A model generated the notes under the pieces. That model saw nothing but the letters and a program-made list of their open reading frames with translations. It searched no databases and was not told the DNA's origin. Source: an uncultured Chloroflexia bacterium (GTDB lineage: Bacteria; Chloroflexota; Limnocylindria; Limnocylindrales; CSP1-4). Taken from it: a DNA stretch of 64,000 nt. The DNA is taken from assembly GCA_963819655.1 (NCBI GenBank), contig CAWFXA010000003.1, forward strand, positions 384,001-448,000. The letters run 5' to 3'. The position numbers and the translations under genes are program-made. Positions 9,803 through 19,524 of this stretch are shown piece after piece. Position 1 is the first letter of the stretch. Every line of letters starts with the position of its first letter.

Positions 9803-10224
9803 GCCAGAGCGTCACTGTGAGTGACGTTGTCACTGTGAGTGACACGATCGGCACAGCCGTGCACGATCGATCGCCCAGACGACGTCCATCTGCATCCTGG
9901 GCGATCGGCGCGTGCTCGTTCATCGCCAGAGCGTCACTGGGAGTGACGTTGTCACTGTGAGTGACACGATCGGCACAGCCGTGCACGATCGATCGCCCAG
10001 ACGACGTCCAACTGCATCCTGGGCGATCGGCGCGTGCTCATTCATCGCCAGAGCGTCACTGGGAGTGACGTTGTCACTGTGAGTGACACGATCGGCACAG
10101 CCGTGCACGATCGATCGCCCAGACGACGTCCACCTGCATCCTGGACCATCGGCGCGTGCTCGTTCATGGCCAGGACGTCACTCACCGCGACATCGTCACT
10201 GAGGGCGACAGCGGCACAGCCGTT
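9803..10224. repeat. 122-bp tandem array of hairpin-rich units (3 near-identical plus 1 degenerate partial), REP/BIME-like
   Basis: Units start at 9803, 9925, 10047 and 10169; each has two GTCACT-N3-AGTGAC palindromes, CGGC-ACA-GCCG, and a GATCGCCCAG...CTGGGCGATC stem (partly mismatched in unit 3); lies between convergent genes. Confidence 0.93.
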
Positions 10225-10245
10225 TCCGACACGGACACGCGGACA

Positions 10246-10968
10246 CTAGCCCAGGTCGACGGCCGTATCGTCGGCGGCCTGCGGGAACGGGGCGAGACCT
10301 CGCCCCTCGCCCGGGACGTCTTCGTCGACGCCGCTCCCCGCGATGTCGTCGCCCCACTCATGGGTGTGACCGGCGGGCGGCTGCGGCGGCCCTTCGTACG
10401 GCGGCAGGTCGGCATAGGGCGTGTCGGCGTCGTACTGCACGCCCGGGTCGCCGACCTCGACAGTCCGCGTCCGAACCGCATCGGCAAGATCCGCGATGAC
10501 GTCGGGTGGCATGCGATCGGTGCCGATGGCGCGCAGGTGGTCGAGCGCCGACACCGGCACCAGCACCGGCCAGCCGGCTTCGCCCTGCCAGCCCGGTCGC
10601 AGGACCGTCGACGGATCCGTCCCGTGCGCCTCGATCAACGATGTGATCGTCTCGGGGCCGACCCAGACCATCCGTGCGGGCCACAGGAGCACGGCCGAGG
10701 TGTCCACGACCTCGGCACGGGCAAGTTCGGCGCCGTGCAGCATCTGCCCCGTGGGCCCGGACTCGTCTGGGGCAGGGGAGCCGTAGGTGGCCTCACTGCC
10801 GGTCAGCGACCGGGCCACGGCCCCGTCCGGATCCGGCGCGACGACCACGACCGGCAACGCGCCGCCCGACCACGCGACGTCGACCAGGCGGCGCACGCGC
10901 GGCTGCCCGAGCGTGTCCGCGACGGCACCCTCGGCGGTCGCGGACAGGATCACGGCGGCGACGGTCAT
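10246..10968 (-). CDS. MobA/MocA-like NTP-transferase-fold protein (divergent)
   Basis: MTVAAVIL..., LGQPRVRRLV, VLLWPARMVWV, GWPVLV, DADTP resemble NTP_transf_3, but the canonical LAAG.S.R loop is missing. Confidence 0.6.
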   Translation of the reverse strand: MTVAAVILSATAEGAVADTLGQPRVRRLVDVAWSGGALPVVVVAPDPDGAVARSLTGSEATYGSPAPDESGPTGQMLHGAELARAEVVDTSAVLLWPARMVWVGPETITSLIEAHGTDPSTVLRPGWQGEAGWPVLVPVSALDHLRAIGTDRMPPDVIADLADAVRTRTVEVGDPGVQYDADTPYADLPPYEGPPQPPAGHTHEWGDDIAGSGVDEDVPGEGRGLAPFPQAADDTAVDLG

Positions 10969-11027
10969 GGTGGGGTCGATGCTAGCAGGGGAGCCACCCG
11001 CCGACCGATGTGCGACACTCCGTCGCC

Positions 11028-12941
<1,914 letters not shown>

Positions 12942-12951
12942 CGTGGTGGCG

Positions 12952-14211
12952 ATGAGGCCGCGAGGCGTGCGAACGGCCACCTGGCGGCTGGGCGCCATCG
13001 CCTGCCTGGTCGCCTCCCTCGGGGTCATCGTGCCGCCCACGCCGGCGGCCGCCGCCAGCGATCGCTTGCCGGACCTGCGCTCGGCCGCGATCCGGGACCT
13101 GCGCATCGTGCGGTCCTCGAGCGGCCGCAAGCTGCTCCGCTTCACGAGCGAGATCCGCAACTACGGCGCCGGACCCTTCGAGGTCCGCGGCAACCGGCCC
13201 AACCCCAACGTCGCGTTCGACATCGACCAGATCCTGTACCGGACCGACGGCACGACCCGGCGGGTCGAGACGAATGCGAGCGTCGCGTACGCCGGGGACG
13301 GGCACAACCACTACCACGTCCGGCGGATGATGAGCTACCACCTGTGGTCGACGCGCGGGACCCTGCGCGACAGCAAGATCGGGTTCTGCTTCTTCGACAC
13401 GACCCCCCGGTGGCTGTCGTTGCCGGGCGCGCCAGGCAGCGCGCGCTATCGGGAAGCGACCTGCGGCACCCGGTCCTCGACCAGCACGCGGAGTGGCATC
13501 TCGGTCGGCTGGGGCGACCGCTATCCGTGGAACTTCGCGTACCAGTGGATCGACATCACGGGGTTGCCGTCCGGGACGTACACCCTGCGGTCGGCGGTCG
13601 ACCTGTTCGGCCTTTTCGTCGAGTCGTCCGAGACCAACAACTGCTCCTACGTCCGGCTGTCCATCAGCGGCAGCAGTGTTCGGGTCGTGGGCAGCGGTTC
13701 GTCGTGCGTCAACGACTACACCGGTACGCCCTACGCGGCCGACGTCCAGTGGGCGCTCGGGGCCGGGCTCGCGGCCGGCTGCGACCCGCTGCTGTTCTGC
13801 ACGTACAACGCGACCCTGCGCGACGAGCTGGCCGTGTTCATGTCGCGCCTGCTCCAGCTGCCGGCGACGACGGAGGACCTGTACGACGACGATGACGGCT
13901 CGCGCTTCGAGACCTACAACAACCGGGTCGGGGCCGCCGGGATCATGAGCGGCTGCGGCGTGCGCCGGTTCTGCGCGGGCGTCCGCGTGTCGCGCGCGCT
14001 GGCCGCTGTGACGCTGTCCCGGGCGCTCCAGCTGCCGCCCAGCTCGACCGACCATTTCACCGACGACGACGGCAGCGCGTCCGAGCCCGCTATCAACGCG
14101 GTCGCCGACGCGGGCCTCATCCCGCGCTGCGGGACCGGCCTCTTCTGCCCGTCCTCGACGGTCCTGCGCGGGCCGATGGTTCGCTATCTGCGGAGCGGCT
14201 TCGAGCCATAG
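12952..14211 (+). CDS. Secreted lysyl-oxidase-like protein with C-terminal S-layer homology-like repeats
   Basis: Signal peptide; LPDL, GHNHYH, KIGFCFFD, GISVGWGDRY, QWIDITGLPSGTY, ESSETNN; C-terminal F.DDDGS...AG...GC...FCP...R..M repeats. Confidence 0.8.
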   Translation: MRPRGVRTATWRLGAIACLVASLGVIVPPTPAAAASDRLPDLRSAAIRDLRIVRSSSGRKLLRFTSEIRNYGAGPFEVRGNRPNPNVAFDIDQILYRTDGTTRRVETNASVAYAGDGHNHYHVRRMMSYHLWSTRGTLRDSKIGFCFFDTTPRWLSLPGAPGSARYREATCGTRSSTSTRSGISVGWGDRYPWNFAYQWIDITGLPSGTYTLRSAVDLFGLFVESSETNNCSYVRLSISGSSVRVVGSGSSCVNDYTGTPYAADVQWALGAGLAAGCDPLLFCTYNATLRDELAVFMSRLLQLPATTEDLYDDDDGSRFETYNNRVGAAGIMSGCGVRRFCAGVRVSRALAAVTLSRALQLPPSSTDHFTDDDGSASEPAINAVADAGLIPRCGTGLFCPSSTVLRGPMVRYLRSGFEP

Positions 14212-14278
14212 TGGCCGACGGTCCGACGAGCATCGTCAGGGGTGACGCGGGTCGGCGTGCCGATGTAGGGTGGGGCAC

Positions 14279-15445
14279 ATGACACATCGAACCGCCCGCC
14301 GACGCCTCCCGATCGTCGTCATCGCGGCCATGCTGCTGGCGTTGATCGTCCCCATGACAGCGGCGAGCGCCGCGTCGTTCACGCTCTCGTTGCCGCTCAT
14401 CACGAGCGGCTTCAGCAGCCCGACCCAGGTGACCAATGCCGGCGACGGCACGAACCGGTTGTTCGTCGTGGAACGGCGCGGCACGGTGCGCGTAGTCAGC
14501 GGTGGTGCGATCCAGGCGGGTTTCTTCATGGACATCCGCGGGCTCGTCCAGGACAGCGGCGGTGAGCAAGGCCTTCTGGGCCTCGCCTTCCATCCGAGCT
14601 TCGAGACCAACCACCGACTGTTCGTCTACTACACGCGCAACGGCGGCGACATCGTGGTCGCGCGCTATCTGACGAACGTCGCGGGCACGGCCGTTCGCCA
14701 CGAGACCGGCCAGAACATCATGGCGATCGAGCACAGCGCCGCGTCGAACCACAACGGTGGCGCCATGGCGTTCGGTTCGGACAGCTTCCTCTACATCGGG
14801 ACCGGCGACGGGGGCGGGTCGAACGATACGTATCGCAACGGTCAGAGCAAGACCAAGAACCTGCTCGCCAAGATCCTGCGCATCAACGTCAACGGGACCG
14901 GCGCCGGCTCGTACGGCCGATATTCCATCCCGACCACCAACCCGTTCCGCGGCTCGATCGCCGGCCGCGACGAGGTCTGGGCGTGGGGCCTGCGCAACCC
15001 GTGGCGGATCTCGTTCGACCGCGTCGGCGGGTCGCTGTTCATCGCCGACGTCGGCCAGAACCGCTGGGAAGAGATCAACCGCGAGCCAGCCGGCTACCGC
15101 GGCGGCCGCAACTACGGCTGGAGCGTCATGGAGGGCAAGCACTGCCTCCGCAGCGGCTGTTCGCTGTCCGGTGACACGCTGCCGGTCGCGGAGTACTCGC
15201 ACTCGTTCGGCTGTTCCATCACCGGCGGATACGTGTACCGCGGACCGACGCAGCCCAAGCTCGCCGGCTCGTACTTCTTCGCCGACTTCTGCAGCGGCCG
15301 GATCTGGTCCATGGCAGCCAACGGCTCGAGCCTGTGGCTCCGCCGCGACACGGCGCTCCAGATCACGTCCTTCGGCGAAGCCGAGGATGGCGAGCTGTTC
15401 GCGGTGACGATCGACGGGAAGCTGTACCAGCTCAAGCAGACCTAG
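14279..15445 (+). CDS. Secreted PQQ-dependent sugar dehydrogenase (GSDH family beta-propeller)
   Basis: Signal peptide; EQGLLGLAFHP, NHNGG, LYIGTGDGG, GLRNPWR, DVGQ, NYGW, SITGGYVYRG. Confidence 0.9.
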   Translation: MTHRTARRRLPIVVIAAMLLALIVPMTAASAASFTLSLPLITSGFSSPTQVTNAGDGTNRLFVVERRGTVRVVSGGAIQAGFFMDIRGLVQDSGGEQGLLGLAFHPSFETNHRLFVYYTRNGGDIVVARYLTNVAGTAVRHETGQNIMAIEHSAASNHNGGAMAFGSDSFLYIGTGDGGGSNDTYRNGQSKTKNLLAKILRINVNGTGAGSYGRYSIPTTNPFRGSIAGRDEVWAWGLRNPWRISFDRVGGSLFIADVGQNRWEEINREPAGYRGGRNYGWSVMEGKHCLRSGCSLSGDTLPVAEYSHSFGCSITGGYVYRGPTQPKLAGSYFFADFCSGRIWSMAANGSSLWLRRDTALQITSFGEAEDGELFAVTIDGKLYQLKQT

Positions 15446-15477
15446 CGTCCACCGACCGGACGTACAATCCGGCAGCG

Positions 15478-16662
15478 ATGCCGATCTACCTGGACCATGC
15501 CGCGACGACGCCTGTCCGGCGCGAGGTCCTCGACGCGATGCTCCCGTTCCTCACGGAGTCCTTCGGGAACCCGTCATCGGCGCACACGTACGGTCGGGTC
15601 GCCCGTGCGGGTCTCGATGACGCCCACGACCGGTTGGCGGCGAGCCTCGGCGTCGAGCCACGGGAGGTGGTCTTCACCTCGGGCGGGACCGAGGCGAACA
15701 ACCTCGCCCTGAAGGGCGCCGCGTGGGCGGGCAAGGCGCGCGGCCATCGGATCGTGACGTCGTCGATCGAGCACCACGCGGTCGGCCATGCCCTCCGCTA
15801 CCTCGAGAAGTTCGGGTTCGAGATCGTCGAGCTGCCGGTCGACCGCTACGGGCGGGTCGACCCGGACGAGCTGGAGGCCGCACTGACCGACCGGGTGATC
15901 CTCGTGTCGATCATGCTCGCCAACAACGAGGTCGGGACGATCCAGCCGATCGCCGAGATCGCCAAGCGCGTGCGCGGTCGGAAGGGGGTCCTCCTCCACG
16001 TCGACGCGGTGCAGGCGGCCCCGTACGTCGATCTGCAGCTTGCCGAACTCGGTGCGGACCTCGTCTCGATCAGCGGACACAAGTTCGAGGGGCCCAAGGG
16101 CATCGGCGCGCTGTACGTGCGCCACGGGACCCACATCCTCGCCCAGCAGCACGGCGGCGAGCAGGAGCGACATCGACGGGCCGGCACCGAGAACGTGGCC
16201 GGCGCGGTGGGCCTCGCGACGGCGTACGAGCTGTCGGTCGCGGAGCGTCCGGTCACCGTGAAGCGCCTGCGCTCCGGTCGTGAGCGACTGCGGAAAGCCG
16301 CGCTCGCCGTCCCCGAGACCGAGCTGACCGGCCACCCGACCGAGCGCCTGCCGGGCCTGTTGTCGATCATCGCCCGTGGAACCGACGGGGCAGCCGTCAG
16401 CCTGTCGCTCGACCTCGAGGGGATCGCGACCTCGGTCGGGTCCGCGTGTACGACCGGTTCGACCGAGGTGAGCCACGTGCTCTCCGCGATGGGTTATCCC
16501 GATGACGAGGCGCGGGGCGCGCTCCGACTGTCCCTCGGCCGGACCACCACCGACGACGAGATCGCCACGGCCGTCGAGGTCGTCCCGCGGGTCGTCGCCT
16601 CGATGCAGGTCGGATCGGCGTCGGTGGCGCGGGACCCGCTGGGCCAGGGAGTCGGCGTGTGA
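15478..16662 (+). CDS. iscS: Cysteine desulfurase (IscS/NifS family)
   Basis: [52 protein letters not shown]; next to mnmA. Confidence 0.93.
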   Translation: MPIYLDHAATTPVRREVLDAMLPFLTESFGNPSSAHTYGRVARAGLDDAHDRLAASLGVEPREVVFTSGGTEANNLALKGAAWAGKARGHRIVTSSIEHHAVGHALRYLEKFGFEIVELPVDRYGRVDPDELEAALTDRVILVSIMLANNEVGTIQPIAEIAKRVRGRKGVLLHVDAVQAAPYVDLQLAELGADLVSISGHKFEGPKGIGALYVRHGTHILAQQHGGEQERHRRAGTENVAGAVGLATAYELSVAERPVTVKRLRSGRERLRKAALAVPETELTGHPTERLPGLLSIIARGTDGAAVSLSLDLEGIATSVGSACTTGSTEVSHVLSAMGYPDDEARGALRLSLGRTTTDDEIATAVEVVPRVVASMQVGSASVARDPLGQGVGV

Positions 16663-17807
16663 GCCGGATCCTGGTCGCGATGTCGGGCGGTGTCGATTCG
16701 TCGGTCGCCGCGGCGATCCTGCACGACGAGGGCCACGAGGTCGTCGGCGTGTGGATGCGCCTGCACGACGTCGCCGACAGCTACTCGGAGTTCAAGAAGA
16801 GCTGCTGCTCGCTGGACGCAGCCGATGACGCGCGCCGCGTGGCCGGCCAGCTCGGGATCCCGTTCTACGTCATGAACCTCGAGCGCGAGTTCGATGCCGG
16901 CGTCCTTCAGCCGTTCCTCGACGCGTACCTCGACGGACGAACGCCGAGCCCGTGCGTCGATTGCAATACCTACGTCAAGTTCGGTGCGTTGCTCGGCCGG
17001 GCACGCCACATGTACGAGTGCGATGCCGTCGCGACCGGTCATTACGCGCGACGCCTGGTCGGCGACGACGGTCGCGCCCGCCTCTATCGGGCGCGGGACG
17101 AGGACAAGGATCAGACCTATTTCCTGTACGGCCTGCGCACGGACCAGCTCGAGCACGCCCGGTTCCCACTCGGCGAGCTGACCAAGCCCGAGGTGCGCGC
17201 GGTCGCACGATCGCTCGACCTCGTGACGGCCGACAAGCCCGAGAGCCAGGAGATCTGCTTCGTGCCCGGCGGCGACTATCGGGACGCGTTGCGCACGCGA
17301 GCCGGCTGGCGGCCGCAGCCCGGACCGTTGCTGGACGGCGATGGGACGCCTGTCGGCGAGCACGCCGGCACCCCGGCGTATACGGTCGGGCAGCGCCAGG
17401 GTCTCGGGGTGGCGCTTGGGCAGCCGCGCTACGTGTCGCGCATCGACCCGCTCACGAACACCATCCAGCTGGGCCGCCGCGAGGATCTCGAGACGCGAAC
17501 GTTCACGGTCGAGCGGGCATCGTTCATCGCGCCGGAGACGCCGGTCGGCGCGTTCCGCGCCTCGGTGCGGATCCGGCACCGGGCCGCGCCGATCGAGGCG
17601 ACGGTCAGCCCGCTCGGTGATCGGCGCTGGACCGTTCGCACGGACACGCCGGTGTGGGCCGCGGCGCCGGGCCAGGCGGCCGTGTTCTACGACGGCGATG
17701 AGGCGCTCGGCGGTGGGCGGATCGCCGTCCCGGCTCGCCCCTCGATCGACCCGGAGCCGGCGCATCCGGAGCAGGCCCATCCGGAGCCCGCGCTCGCCGG
17801 CGCGTGA
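16659..17807 (+). CDS. mnmA: tRNA 2-thiouridine(34) synthase MnmA
   Basis: [53 protein letters not shown]. Confidence 0.97.
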   Translation: MSRILVAMSGGVDSSVAAAILHDEGHEVVGVWMRLHDVADSYSEFKKSCCSLDAADDARRVAGQLGIPFYVMNLEREFDAGVLQPFLDAYLDGRTPSPCVDCNTYVKFGALLGRARHMYECDAVATGHYARRLVGDDGRARLYRARDEDKDQTYFLYGLRTDQLEHARFPLGELTKPEVRAVARSLDLVTADKPESQEICFVPGGDYRDALRTRAGWRPQPGPLLDGDGTPVGEHAGTPAYTVGQRQGLGVALGQPRYVSRIDPLTNTIQLGRREDLETRTFTVERASFIAPETPVGAFRASVRIRHRAAPIEATVSPLGDRRWTVRTDTPVWAAAPGQAAVFYDGDEALGGGRIAVPARPSIDPEPAHPEQAHPEPALAGA

Positions 17808-18085
17808 CGATCGAGCCGTCGCTGGTGCTATCCGTGCTGGTCGGCCTCTTCCACGCCGCCGTCTCGGTGGCCATCCGCGGTTCGGCGGGCGGTCGGCTTC
17901 CGGCACTCGTCGCGGCCGCGATCCTCGGCGCCTGGGCCGGCGATGCGATCTTCGGGCGGCTAGGCATCGGGATCGTCACGCTCGGTGACTACAACCTTGT
18001 CGGGGCGTCGATCGTGGCCTGGCTCGGGATCGCGATCGTGTCGGTCATCGCGGTCCTGGGCCCGAACCCGGAACGACCCGCGTGA
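17804..18085 (+). CDS. Small 3-TM membrane protein (transglycosylase-associated/GlsB-like, tentative)
   Basis: 93 aa, hydrophobic, ILGAWAG motif; GTGA overlap with mnmA. Confidence 0.65.
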   Translation: MTIEPSLVLSVLVGLFHAAVSVAIRGSAGGRLPALVAAAILGAWAGDAIFGRLGIGIVTLGDYNLVGASIVAWLGIAIVSVIAVLGPNPERPA

Positions 18086-18228
18086 ACCCCGAGGATCGAT
18101 CCACCGCGAAGTTCCTGCGCGGCCTCACGATCGGAGCGATCCTCGGCGCACTGATCGCCGGATCGCGCATCTGGCGGATGCTCGAGCGTCGCGACCCGAA
18201 GACCCAGGGGCGCCGGCCGCAGGGCTGA
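18082..18228 (+). CDS. Small single-TM protein (48 aa, YtxH-like N-terminus)
   Basis: [48 protein letters not shown]; GTGA overlap with the upstream gene; below the ORF-track cut-off. Confidence 0.6.
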   Translation: MNPEDRSTAKFLRGLTIGAILGALIAGSRIWRMLERRDPKTQGRRPQG

Positions 18229-18263
18229 GCCACGGCGGCTCCGGAGCGCGGTGTTGCTCCGCG

Positions 18264-19121
18264 TCAGCTCAGCTGGACCGCGATCGGGAAGGTCGCACGG
18301 TAGGCGTCGCCGTCCTGGGTCACCGCCAGGAGCGTCGCGCCGCCGCTCTGGTTGAAGATCTGGTCTGACGCGTTCGGCTGGTCCTGCGGCCCCTTCTGCG
18401 CATAGACGCCGGTCGCGTACACGTCGCGGCTCAGGTCATCGTCGAAGAACAGCTGCGACGTGAACTCGAAGCCGGCTTCGGCCTCCGGATCCGTGCGGAT
18501 CTTGAAGTGGATGTGGACGGCGCGGCCCTGATACCAGCCGGGATAGATGGTCGTGAATGACGCCCGCCCGGTGGCATCGGTGCGCTGGAAGCCGCGCAGG
18601 AAGTTGCCCGTGTTCCCGCTCACGCCCGAATAGTCGCCCAGCGCGTCGCAATGCCACACATCGACGACGACGCCTTCCAGCGGCACGCACGCGGAGCCGT
18701 TCGCCTGCGACACGATCCAGTCGAGGGTCAGCGTCGCCCCCGCGGAAACGGCGTTGTCCGCGGTGTTCACGCGGATATCGGATCGATCGAGATTCACATC
18801 GAGGTAATACGGACCCTCGGTCAGCTCGGGCGCGACCACGCAGGCTGGCAGGGCTGTCGCGATAGCCGCTGACGCGCTGGCCGACGCCTCCGCGCTCGCA
18901 GCGGCGGTGGCTGCGGCGGATGGTGCCGCCGACGCCTCCGCCGAGGCGGACGAGGATGCCGATCCGCCCGGCACGCACGCTGCGAGGAATGTCGCGGCGC
19001 CACCCGCGCCGATGAGCGCGAGGACCTCGCGCCGGGAGAGGATCCGACCGATCAGTCGGTCATCGTCGTCGAGATCGTCGAGCGACGGCGGCGAGGTCGG
19101 CGAGGGCGCTGGAGAGGTCAT
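18264..19121 (-). CDS. Tat-exported lipoprotein, intradiol ring-cleavage dioxygenase-like
   Basis: SRREVL twin-arginine, LAAC lipobox; TEGPYY, VDVWHCDA, FLRGFQ, YPGWYQGRAVHIH iron-ligand region. Confidence 0.85.
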   Translation of the reverse strand: MTSPAPSPTSPPSLDDLDDDDRLIGRILSRREVLALIGAGGAATFLAACVPGGSASSSASAEASAAPSAAATAAASAEASASASAAIATALPACVVAPELTEGPYYLDVNLDRSDIRVNTADNAVSAGATLTLDWIVSQANGSACVPLEGVVVDVWHCDALGDYSGVSGNTGNFLRGFQRTDATGRASFTTIYPGWYQGRAVHIHFKIRTDPEAEAGFEFTSQLFFDDDLSRDVYATGVYAQKGPQDQPNASDQIFNQSGGATLLAVTQDGDAYRATFPIAVQLS

Positions 19122-19209
19122 GAGGGAGGCTCCGAGCGGGTCGATCAGGTCGATAAGGCTCGGCGCCGGACGTGAGAGCCGTCTGAGACCGCGCTGAGGT
19201 GCGACCCGG

Positions 19210-19386
19210 TCAGTGCGTCGGTTGCGCCTCCGCCTCGGCCTCCTCGACCAGGTCGAATTCCGTCCACGCGCACGACGGGCAGGTCCACTTCTCGAAAGCG
19301 CCTTTGTCCGCGGCCTCGGTGGCCGACGACCATGACTCGCGGCTGTCGATGCTGCCGCATTTCTCGCATTTCCTGACGAAGGCCAT
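19210..19386 (-). CDS. Small zinc-ribbon protein (58 aa)
   Basis: MAFVRKCEKCG...WTCPSCAWTEFDLVEE; two CxxC; GAGGAG SD upstream. Confidence 0.75.
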   Translation of the reverse strand: MAFVRKCEKCGSIDSRESWSSATEAADKGAFEKWTCPSCAWTEFDLVEEAEAEAQPTH

Positions 19387-19524
19387 CGGTTCTCCTCGTC
19401 TTCGCTCGTTCCAACGCCCATCACCGTGGGCCGACGGCGGGCACGACCGCATCACGTCCCCTGCGTGGCGACTTGCGGTCCCATTGCATAGCCGCGCCGC
19501 GTCGGTTCGGTACCATTGCGGCCG

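Noticed and set aside
9803-10224. CRISPR array
   Set aside because: Units repeat over their full 122 bp with no unique spacers, and there are no cas genes in the window.
9777-10249. Short ORFs within the tandem array
   Set aside because: The period is not a multiple of 3, so the frame changes each unit; these ORFs are by-products of the repeat.
17751-17795. 15-bp repeat at the mnmA 3' end ([15 protein letters not shown])
   Set aside because: Short slippage repeat in a disordered tail; no evident function.
19390-19524. T-box or riboswitch upstream of alaS, hisS or aspS
   Set aside because: No T-box consensus or terminator; these genes appear leaderless, leaving no room for a leader.
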